From a bacterium (GTDB lineage: Bacteria; Eisenbacteria; RBG-16-71-46): a DNA stretch of 15,926 nt. The position numbers were made by a program, and so were the translations under genes. Under the pieces are notes generated by a model. It had not been told where the DNA came from and made no database searches. It worked only from the letters and a program-made list of their open reading frames with translations. This document shows positions 7,905 through 15,362 of this stretch, one piece after another (the stretch's first letter is position 1; every line of letters begins with the position of its first letter). The stretch covers positions 1 through 15,926 of the forward strand of contig JAYWEM010000175.1 in the NCBI GenBank assembly GCA_043779265.1. Direction: 5' to 3'.

Positions 7905-8962
7905 ATGTTCCGTCGCACCCTCGGTATGGCGATCCTGATCGCCTCGGTGGCGGTCAGTGGCTGTGGCAAGAAATCAGGGGGTTCGTCAGTGACCGACCCG
8001 GGCGGCGGCGGCACACCGACCGATCCGGCGATCCTCGGCGCGTCGGTCGCATTCACGCCACTTCAGTCGGGACTCATCACCCCGAACGCGGCCATGTACG
8101 CGAGCGTCGGGACGCTGGGGCCCTTCATCCTCGGGGAGATCACCGCACCTGCGCCTCATGCGGGGCCGAGCGAGTGCGTCCTCTCGCGGCACAACGGCGT
8201 CACGTTCGACTACAACGGGTCGAGCTATGTCGCCACCGAGACGCCCGGAGCGCCCGTCGACGGACCGAGGTTCCTGCTCTATCCGCTCAACGCCCAGGGC
8301 GTTCCCGTCCTCGGGACCTCGAGCGGCCATCTGGACATCTCCTGTGAAGGCAGCCCGTCGGCGTCGCCCAACGGAAGCGCGTTCTCGTTCGCGCTGTTCG
8401 CGAACAGCGTCGTGGTTGCGACGGCCTCGGTGAGTTCGGCGCCCGGCAACACCACCCTCGAGGGCACGCTCACGAACCCCGCCGGGACCACGACCGTTCC
8501 ATTCTCGAGCCAGATCTTCGAGAGCACCCCTGGCACGGCGTACGAATCGTTCAGCATGGGGCCCGCTTCGAATCTCGACGTTCGACATGATCGGATCACG
8601 CGCACGAACGATGGGACCATGTTCGACTCCTTCAGCATCATTCCCACCGGGTCGGCACCGGATTGGATCGTCGAGGTGCAGATCGCTGCGAATCTGAGCC
8701 AGGCGGTCTCGAACGGCGGCCTGCTGATCTCGGGGCCCCTTCTCCAAAGTGTCCTAGCGGCCTGTGTCTCCGGCACGCTCTCGGTGCCGGTCTTCACGCC
8801 GCAGCAGACCGCGAACTGCAACTACACCCCGAACGGCGGCACGATCTCGATCACCAACGCCGATGCGGAACCGCCCAGGATATCTATCGGGACAGTCGCC
8901 GCGTGTTCGAGGTGGTCCGGGCGCTGGGCATGACGTTGCATCAACCGCTGCCGCCGCTCTGA
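7905..8962 (+). CDS. Hypothetical lipoprotein; probable 1-nt frameshift near 8870 (as given, ORF stops at 8933)
   Basis: GGGAGG RBS; lipobox VSG-C followed by a Gly/Ser/Pro linker; C-terminal codon usage favours the alternative frame ending at TGA 8960-8962. Confidence 0.75.
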
Positions 8963-9011
8963 AGCTCGTGGCTCCGCAGGTTCACACTTCTCGTTCGACC
9001 GGGGAGGTTCC

Positions 9012-9377
9012 GTGTCCAAGGCGGCACTGAGCGTTCTCACATTCGGGGTCTACGCGCTCATCACCGGCATCGGGCTCGCGCTTGCGCCGCAACTGCTCTT
9101 GGCGCCGTTCGGGATCCCGTCCCCGACTGCGGTGTGGGTTCGTGTTGCAGGCGCCGTCGTGATCAACGTCGGCGTGCTCTACATCGTCGCGGCGAAGAGC
9201 GAGTCTCGCGCGTTCTTCGCCGCTTCGATCCCGACGCGCGCCTTGATCCTCGTGTGGTTCAGTGCCTTCGTTGTGCTCCAGTGGGTGAGCCCGGCGCTCC
9301 TCGTGTTCGGGCTCCTCGATGCGATCGCCGCGGCCTGGACGTGGTCCGCCCTGCGCGCCGACCGGCGAGGCGCGTGA
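9012..9377 (+). CDS. Small 4-TM membrane protein of unknown function
   Basis: GGGAGG RBS before GTG; four hydrophobic segments; stop overlaps the next ATG (TGATG). Confidence 0.8.
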   Translation: MSKAALSVLTFGVYALITGIGLALAPQLLLAPFGIPSPTAVWVRVAGAVVINVGVLYIVAAKSESRAFFAASIPTRALILVWFSAFVVLQWVSPALLVFGLLDAIAAAWTWSALRADRRGA

Positions 9378-9922
9378 TGGCGTTCATCCGCTATGTGCCA
9401 CCCGGCGAGTTGCCGGAGTCCGAGCGCGTCGCCGATCAGGACCACATCATCCAAGTGCACTCGGTCCATCCCGCCGTGATGCGGCAGCACCTCGAGCTCT
9501 ACCTCCAGTTGATGCACCGCCCGGGGCCCCTGAGCCGCCGCGAACGCGAGATCCTCGCAATCCGCGTCTCGGGGCTCAATCACTGCCCCTATTGAATCGC
9601 CCATCACGGGGCGGGGCTCCGTCGCATCCTCTTGGCCGCAGGCATCGCGCAGGATGAGCAGGACCGCCTCATCGACGGGCTCGGGCTCGCGACGATGCCT
9701 GCGGACCTCTTGCTGACCGACCGCGAGCGCGCGTTGGTCGGGTACGCCGAGAAGCTGACGCTGACGCCAGCCCGCGTGAGCCGTTCCGACATCGACGGGC
9801 TCCGGTCGCACGGTCTCGACGATCGCGCGATCCACGATGCCTGCGCCATCGTCGCCTACTTCGCGTTCGTCAATCGGATCGCCGATGGCCTGGGCGTCCA
9901 ACTCGAGGCGCCGACGGAGTAG
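9377..9922 (+). CDS. AhpD-like / carboxymuconolactone decarboxylase-family peroxidase, putative selenoprotein (C70-x-x-U73), 181 aa
   Basis: ATG 9377 coupled to the upstream stop; LSRREREILAIRVSGLNHCPY-TGA-IAHHG continues in frame to AEKLTLTP...FVNRIADGLGV; the TGA (9593-9595) occupies the second Cys position of the AhpD CxxC..(H)H motif. Confidence 0.88.
9596..9627 (+). promoter_or_regulatory. Candidate bacterial SECIS element
   Basis: ACGGGGC-GGG-GCTCCGT hairpin (9606-9622), with a G-rich apical loop beginning after a 17-nt spacer from the UGA; possible lower pairing ATCGC/GCAT. Confidence 0.55.
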
Positions 9923-10006
9923 TGCGGGCGCCCGAGCGGCTTGCGCGCGCGCTGCAGCGAACGCATCGTGGGGCGGTCGAACGTCCCACCGCGGAGGGCT
10001 CATCCC

Positions 10007-11017
10007 ATGCACGCGATTCCACGGCGTCATCCTGCGATCCCGCTCGGGCTCATCGCGCTCGCACTCGCCGTCTACGCGGTCGCGGTGATCGTCTCGGGAC
10101 GGCTGAGCCAACTGGAGCGGGCCGACTGGATGGCGCTCGCGGTGATGATCGACCTCGTGCTCCTGGCGCCGGCCGCCTACTTCCTGTTGATGATCCGGCG
10201 CTGGGGCGCTTCGCCGGTCTCACTGGTGCCGGTGATCGTGCTGAGCGTGTACGCCGCTTCGCGGATCCTCCCGGAAGCGCATCGCGGGTCGGTGCAAGCG
10301 CTCGAGTGGTTGGTGATCCCAGTTGAGCTGGGGCTTCTCGGGTGGATCGCATGGCGTGCCAGCCGTGCCGTGAGGCGATCGCGGCTCGAGGTGGATGCCG
10401 ACCCGCTCGAGCGCCTCTCGATCGCCGCCTTCGACCTGACCAGGAGCGAGCGCGTCGCCGCGATCCTCGCCACCGAGCTTGGCCTGTTCTACTACGCGCT
10501 CGGCGCGTGGCGGTCGCTGTCGCATGTCCCCGAGCGGAGCACCGCCATCACGCTGCATCGGCGAAGCGGGCATGGGGGCATCGTGTTCGGCTTCGTGATG
10601 CTGCTGGCGATCGAGGGCTTTCCGGTGCACCTCGTGGTGCACACGTGGAACCCGCTGGTCGCGTGGCTGTTCACGCTCAGCACCGTCTACGCCGCGCTCT
10701 GGCTGATCGCCGACTATCGCGCCACTGTGCTGCGCCCGGTGCTCATCGAGGACACCCGCGTGCGGATCCGCGCCGGGCTGCGATGCGTGCTCGACATCCC
10801 CCGTTCGAACATCGCGGCGATCTCCACGACCCCGCCCGATCACGGCCGCGCGAACATGAAGCTCATGCTGATGAGCGCGCCGACGCGCTGGATCACGTTG
10901 CATGAGCCGATGCGGGCGAGCGGCCCCTATGGGATCCGCTCGACCGTCCGGTCGATCGGGCTGTCGCCGGATCAGGCGGACGAGTTCGACCGACTGCTCG
11001 CGGTCCCCACGCCCTGA
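10007..11017 (+). CDS. Multi-pass membrane protein with C-terminal soluble beta-rich domain, function unknown
   Basis: GGAGG RBS (9993-9997) before ATG 10007; about six hydrophobic segments; E...H and W...D residues in the distal helices. Confidence 0.8.
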   Translation: MHAIPRRHPAIPLGLIALALAVYAVAVIVSGRLSQLERADWMALAVMIDLVLLAPAAYFLLMIRRWGASPVSLVPVIVLSVYAASRILPEAHRGSVQALEWLVIPVELGLLGWIAWRASRAVRRSRLEVDADPLERLSIAAFDLTRSERVAAILATELGLFYYALGAWRSLSHVPERSTAITLHRRSGHGGIVFGFVMLLAIEGFPVHLVVHTWNPLVAWLFTLSTVYAALWLIADYRATVLRPVLIEDTRVRIRAGLRCVLDIPRSNIAAISTTPPDHGRANMKLMLMSAPTRWITLHEPMRASGPYGIRSTVRSIGLSPDQADEFDRLLAVPTP

Positions 11018-11053
11018 ACAACGAAGTCCCGCAACCACCCCCCCGGAGGGAGT

Positions 11054-12265
11054 ATGTCGTTCGATCCCGCGACTGAGATCCAGAACGTGCTCGTGTTCGG
11101 CGAGTACGGCGATGTGAACCCCTCCATCTGCGACTCCTCGAGCTACACGTTCATGAGCGTCGAGCGCATGGAGGAGGTGTTCGAGCATGAGATCGAGGGC
11201 TGCTTCCTCTACTTGCGGCACTGGAATCCCACCAACCGCTCGCTCTCGGGCGCCCTCGCGCGCATGGAAGGCGGCGAGTCGGCGCAGGTGATGGCCTCGG
11301 GCATGGCCGCGATCAGCACCAGTCTGCTGCACTCGTGCTCGGCCGGCGATGAGATCGTCTCGAGCCGCACCATCTACGGCGGCACCTACGCCCTGCTCGC
11401 CAATCTCCTGCCGCGCTTCGGGATCACCACGCGCTTCGTCGACATGGGCGACGAGGCGGCGGTGCGCGCCGCGATCACGCCGCGCACGCGCGTGCTGTTC
11501 TGCGAGAGCATCAGCAATCCGCTGCTCGGGGTGGCCGACCTGCCGATGCTCTCGGGGCTCGCCCGTCAGCACGACGCGCGGCTCATCGTGGACAACACGT
11601 TCAGCCCGTTGATGCTCTCGCCGCTCCGGCTCGGCGCCGATGTCGTGGTGCACAGCATGACCAAGTTCATCAACGGGACGAGCGACTGCGTGGCGGGCTG
11701 CGTCGTCTCGTCGAAGGCGTTCATCGACGGCCTCAACGACATCAACGCCGGGCCGAGCATGCTGCTGGGGCCCGTGCTCGACAGCATCCGAGCCGCGAGC
11801 ATCCAGAAGAACCTGCACAGCCTGCATGTCCGCATGCAGAAGCACAGCGCCAACGCGCAGTTCCTGGCGGATCGCATGCAGCAGGCGGGCCTGGCGGTGC
11901 ACTACCCCGGGCTCGCGAGCCATCCGCAGCACGCGCTGCTCGCTCGCTCGATGAATCCCGGCTTCGGATACGGCGGCATCCTCACGGTGGACGTGGGCGA
12001 CAAGGCCGCGGCCGACCGGCTCATGATGCGCATGCAGGAGGAGAAGGTCGGCTACCTCGCCGTGAGCCTCGGCTACTTCAAGACGCTCTTCAGTGCGCCG
12101 GGGCACAGCACGTCGTCGGAGATCCCGGCGGAGCAGCGTCATCGCATGGGGATGGGCGATGGGCTGGTGCGCTTCTCGGTCGGACTCGACCACGACATGG
12201 GACGTACGTGGACCACGATTCAGCGGCTGATCGAGGAGATCGGCATCACGGCGGCGCGCGCATGA
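11054..12265 (+). CDS. PLP-dependent Cys/Met metabolism enzyme, plant-type methionine gamma-lyase-like
   Basis: GGAGGGAG RBS; FGEYGDVNPSI, Y.RHWNPT, ASGMAAI, YGGT, ESISNP, VDNTF, PLP lysine in HSMTKF, AVSLGYFKTL...STSSE, LVRFSVG. Confidence 0.9.
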   Translation: MSFDPATEIQNVLVFGEYGDVNPSICDSSSYTFMSVERMEEVFEHEIEGCFLYLRHWNPTNRSLSGALARMEGGESAQVMASGMAAISTSLLHSCSAGDEIVSSRTIYGGTYALLANLLPRFGITTRFVDMGDEAAVRAAITPRTRVLFCESISNPLLGVADLPMLSGLARQHDARLIVDNTFSPLMLSPLRLGADVVVHSMTKFINGTSDCVAGCVVSSKAFIDGLNDINAGPSMLLGPVLDSIRAASIQKNLHSLHVRMQKHSANAQFLADRMQQAGLAVHYPGLASHPQHALLARSMNPGFGYGGILTVDVGDKAAADRLMMRMQEEKVGYLAVSLGYFKTLFSAPGHSTSSEIPAEQRHRMGMGDGLVRFSVGLDHDMGRTWTTIQRLIEEIGITAARA

Positions 12266-12298
12266 CACGCGCCGCTGGCGCCGGCCGGGTGGAGTGGT

Positions 12299-13381
12299 AT
12301 GACCGCGGATGAGCTCGATCGGCTCCGCGCGCGGATCCGCAGTCTCGATGGCGAGATCATCGCGCTGGTCGCCGAACGCGTGGCGCTCGCGCGCCAGGTG
12401 GGCGAGCGCAAGCAGGCGCAGGGGCTCTCCACCATCGACTACGCGCAGGAGCGTGACGTGCTCGATCGCGCGCGTGCCAGGGCCGAGTCCGGCGGCCTCG
12501 ACCCTGGCGTCGCCGAGGAACTCTTCGCCGGGCTGATCCGTGCCTCCGTCTCGGCCCAGGAGGCCGATCGTGTTCGCATGTCCGCCGTCGGCGCCGGCAA
12601 ACGCGCGGTCGTGGTGGGCGGCGCCGGCCGAATGGGGCGTTGGATGTGCCGCTTCCTCTCGGCGCAGGGCTACGAGACGGGCGCGCTCGATCCGGCAGCC
12701 GAGCGAGAGGAGAACGAGTGGGCGAGCCGCGCGCTGGCTTCTGCCGAGCTCGTGGTGTGCTCGACGCCGCCGACCGCCACCGCGCAGCTGTACGCCTCGT
12801 GGGAGGAGTCGCCGCCGACCGGCGTCGTGTTCGACATCGCCAGCATCAAGACGCCGCTCATCGGGGCGATCGCCGCGCTGCAGCGATCGGGCGGACGCGT
12901 GGCGTCGATCCATCCGATGTTCGGCCCCTCGGCCGTGCTGCTGCGCGGCGCCGACGTGGTGATCTGCGACACCGGCGATGCGGCCGCGACCGAAGCGGTG
13001 GAGCGCCTGTTCCAGCCGACCTCCGCGCGGCTCGTCCCCATGCCGCTGGCCGACCACGATCGCGTGATGGCCGACCTCATGAGCCTGGCGCACGGCACCG
13101 CGATCGCATTCGCCCTGGCGTTGCCACGCGAAGAACATCCCGTGCGCAGCACGACGTTCCGCGCTCTCGAATCGCTGGCCTCCGCCGTGGTCCGAGAGAG
13201 CCCCGAGGTCTACTTCGAGATCCAGACCGGCAACCCGCACTCGGCCGACTCGCTCGCTCGATTGGCGGGGGCGCTCGCGCGACTGGTGGAAGTGCTCTCT
13301 TCGGGCGAGCCCGAGCGATTCCGGGCGCTGTTCAGCGAGGGGCAGCTGCGGGCTCCAAGTGTCACGCGGAACGAAGTGTGA
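12299..13381 (+). CDS. tyrA: Bifunctional chorismate mutase / prephenate (or arogenate) dehydrogenase
   Basis: N-terminal AroQ-type LDRLRARIRSLDGEIIALVAERVALARQVGERK; Rossmann VVGGAGRMG; DIASIK; catalytic SIHPMFGP; HDRVMA. Confidence 0.85.
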   Translation: MTADELDRLRARIRSLDGEIIALVAERVALARQVGERKQAQGLSTIDYAQERDVLDRARARAESGGLDPGVAEELFAGLIRASVSAQEADRVRMSAVGAGKRAVVVGGAGRMGRWMCRFLSAQGYETGALDPAAEREENEWASRALASAELVVCSTPPTATAQLYASWEESPPTGVVFDIASIKTPLIGAIAALQRSGGRVASIHPMFGPSAVLLRGADVVICDTGDAAATEAVERLFQPTSARLVPMPLADHDRVMADLMSLAHGTAIAFALALPREEHPVRSTTFRALESLASAVVRESPEVYFEIQTGNPHSADSLARLAGALARLVEVLSSGEPERFRALFSEGQLRAPSVTRNEV

Positions 13382-13620
13382 GCGAACCCGACACCGGCAG
13401 TACGCCTCCCTTGGCCGGCGCCCGGCCGCCGGGTCGGGAGCGGTCACGCTCGATCTCGGGTGCGCCCACCCGAGTCGGCGGGTGAGGCGGCCCGAAGGCC
13501 GATTGCAGCCCGCCATTGCACGTCTCGCGGCCTGCAAAGGCATGTCGCCGGAGGGCACGAGCGCGCCCGTAAGTCGTTGTCCGGCGACTCGATGCCTGTG
13601 CGGACCAAGGCGCTCCGGCG

Positions 13621-13636
13621 CGGCATGCGACATGCG
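13621..13636 (+). promoter_or_regulatory. Candidate sigma54 (-24/-12) promoter
   Basis: CGGCATG-CGAC-ATGCG gives GG-N10-GC (consensus TGGCACG-N4-TTGC), about 95 nt upstream of ATG 13729; IHF-like TAAGTCGTTG at 13570-13579. Confidence 0.5.
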
Positions 13637-13728
13637 TTGAACCGAGGTGGAGCGAGTCGCGGTGGAGCCGATGGCAGTCGAGCCATCGGTGCCGCACTCG
13701 CCGCTCGCAGGTCCATCTGGAGGTCCGA

Positions 13729-14277
13729 ATGCGCAGGCGGCAGTGGAGCCGAAGCATGATCCCCCTCGGCATCCTGGCCATGGCGATGTGGGGTTGTTCG
13801 AGTGTCCCCACTTCACCGACGATCACTCCCGAGCCGAGCTTCGTGAAGGTCCCGATGCCGCCGGGCTGGGCACTGTCGGCGTCCGATGACAGCCCGACCG
13901 AGGTCTCCGGCGTGATCGACGGGGCGCTCGGGGGCACGCTGAGCCATGGCCGCTTCCAACTCGTCGTGCCGCCAGGGGCATTCCAGGGGGTCGCCACATT
14001 GACCATCCGCATGCCCGACCCGGCCGAGATGGGGTGTGAGCTCCACATCACCCCGGAGGAGGCGAACCGCTTCGCTGTTCCGGTCCAGTTGGTCGCCGAC
14101 TGCAGTGGCGCCGAAGGGGTGGACTTCAGCAAGCTCGAGACGCTGTGGTTCGACGAGGATGCCCGCGCGTGGGTGCTGGTCCGCGGTTCTGCCACCGACG
14201 CAGTGGGTGGACAGATCGTGACGCCACTCGAGCACTTCTCGATGTATGGAGTCGTCGAAGGTAAGGCGGGCTGGTAA
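13729..14277 (+). CDS. Lipoprotein with ZU5/GAIN-like domain and C-terminal HFS autoproteolysis motif
   Basis: GGAGG RBS (13719-13723); basic N-region, hydrophobic core and WG-C23; Pro-rich linker; ZU5-like IDGALGGTLSHGRFQLVVPPGAF; ends LEHFSMYGVVEGKAGW. Confidence 0.78.
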   Translation: MRRRQWSRSMIPLGILAMAMWGCSSVPTSPTITPEPSFVKVPMPPGWALSASDDSPTEVSGVIDGALGGTLSHGRFQLVVPPGAFQGVATLTIRMPDPAEMGCELHITPEEANRFAVPVQLVADCSGAEGVDFSKLETLWFDEDARAWVLVRGSATDAVGGQIVTPLEHFSMYGVVEGKAGW

Positions 14278-14282
14278 GCCGG

Positions 14283-15077
14283 ATGAGCCCCTCCGACCGG
14301 CTTCTCCGACCTCCGCGTACGGCGGTGCTCGGTTACGTCACCCTCACGGTGGCGGCCGCGCTCGTCGTCCTGCGACAAGCGGCCCCCGCGAGCCTCGGCC
14401 CCGACTTCTGGTTCTGGTTGGCCGCGGGTGTGCTCGCCGAGTCGCTCTGGCTGCGGCTGCCGCTCGGCGGCGCGACGCTCAGTATGGCGTCCGCTGTCGT
14501 GCTCGCGACGGTGCTCACCCTCCCTCCGGGTGACGCCATCGTGGCGACGGCAGTCGCGACGCTCGTCGGTGAACTGGTCGTGATGCGCAAGCCGCTCCTG
14601 CGGGCGGTGTTCAATGCCAGCCAGACCGCGGTCGCGGTCGGAGCCGCCGCATGGGGCTTCGCCCGAGTCGGCGCCTGGCGGTCGGCCGGCGCTTCGGCCG
14701 AGGGTCTCGATCCCGTGGCCGTATTGGCCGCGGCGGCACTGTTCTATGTCGTCAACCGCGCGGCCGTGACCGGGATGATCGCCCTGCACGAGCGCGTCGC
14801 AGTCTGGACGGCCTGGAGGACGAGCTTCCAGCACCGCGCCGAGGTGGTGACCACCTTGGCTGCGTTCGGACTGGGTGCGCTTGCCGGCGGTCTGTACGCC
14901 GCGACCGGGCCGGTCCGCGCCATCGCACCGGCACTCATCTTCGCGGGCCTCTGGCTCTTGTGCCGCTGGGCCCAGACCCGCCATGCCGAACTCGCGGCGC
15001 GCCTCGCGCGCGCGCGGGCCGTGCCCGATGCCCCGCCCAGTGCGGACGAGCGTGCCCCGCGCCGCCGCGCATCTTGA
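14283..15077 (+). CDS. Integral membrane protein (7-8 TM) resembling the N-terminal MASE-like sensor region of HD-GYP/GGDEF/kinase proteins, with no output domain
   Basis: Starts 5 nt after the upstream stop; LAESL.L.LP.GGATLSM, RKP..RAVFNASQ and FYVVN motifs; short Arg/Ala-rich cytoplasmic tail. Confidence 0.75.
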   Translation: MSPSDRLLRPPRTAVLGYVTLTVAAALVVLRQAAPASLGPDFWFWLAAGVLAESLWLRLPLGGATLSMASAVVLATVLTLPPGDAIVATAVATLVGELVVMRKPLLRAVFNASQTAVAVGAAAWGFARVGAWRSAGASAEGLDPVAVLAAAALFYVVNRAAVTGMIALHERVAVWTAWRTSFQHRAEVVTTLAAFGLGALAGGLYAATGPVRAIAPALIFAGLWLLCRWAQTRHAELAARLARARAVPDAPPSADERAPRRRAS

Positions 15078-15124
15078 GCCTGCGCTTCGCCGTGGGAGCG
15101 GTGGGTCCGACGTGAGCGTGTGCG

Positions 15125-15325
15125 GTGGGTGAGGTCGTCGTCGTCGGCTACGCGGTGCTGGCGCTGGTCGGCCTCGCATGCGTCGGCGCCGGTCTGGTCC
15201 GCCGGTCGCGTCGCGCGCTCGTGGCCGGTGGCGCGCTCCTGCTGGGACTGGTCGGCGCCTGGACGATCGGTTTACCGGGGATCGCACTGGGCGTGCTCGC
15301 TTTGGCGTTCCTCAAGAGGCGGTGA
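15125..15325 (+). CDS. Small hydrophobic membrane protein (66 aa)
   Basis: Two to three hydrophobic helices separated by RRSRR, with a KRR C-terminus; fits the gap before convergent comM. Confidence 0.55.
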   Translation: MGEVVVVGYAVLALVGLACVGAGLVRRSRRALVAGGALLLGLVGAWTIGLPGIALGVLALAFLKRR

Positions 15326-15362
15326 TGAGTGAGGGGGGCGGCTGACAAGTTCAGCCCGCTTC

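Noticed and set aside
7895..9014. Identical GGGAGGTTCC before starts at 7905 and 9012
   Set aside because: Mostly the Shine-Dalgarno sequence itself; four extra shared bases are not significant.
9134..9595. 153-aa track ORF, and the separate 9632-9922 ORF
   Set aside because: The N-terminal part overlaps the 9012-9377 gene out of frame; both are better explained as one UGA-recoded gene starting at 9377.
10220..13816. 1198-aa minus-strand ORF
   Set aside because: Antisense shadow of three well-supported + strand genes; Arg/His/Ala-rich with no motifs; expected with high GC3.
13362..15287. 641-aa minus-strand ORF
   Set aside because: Low-complexity Arg/Pro/Gly translation antisense to better supported genes.
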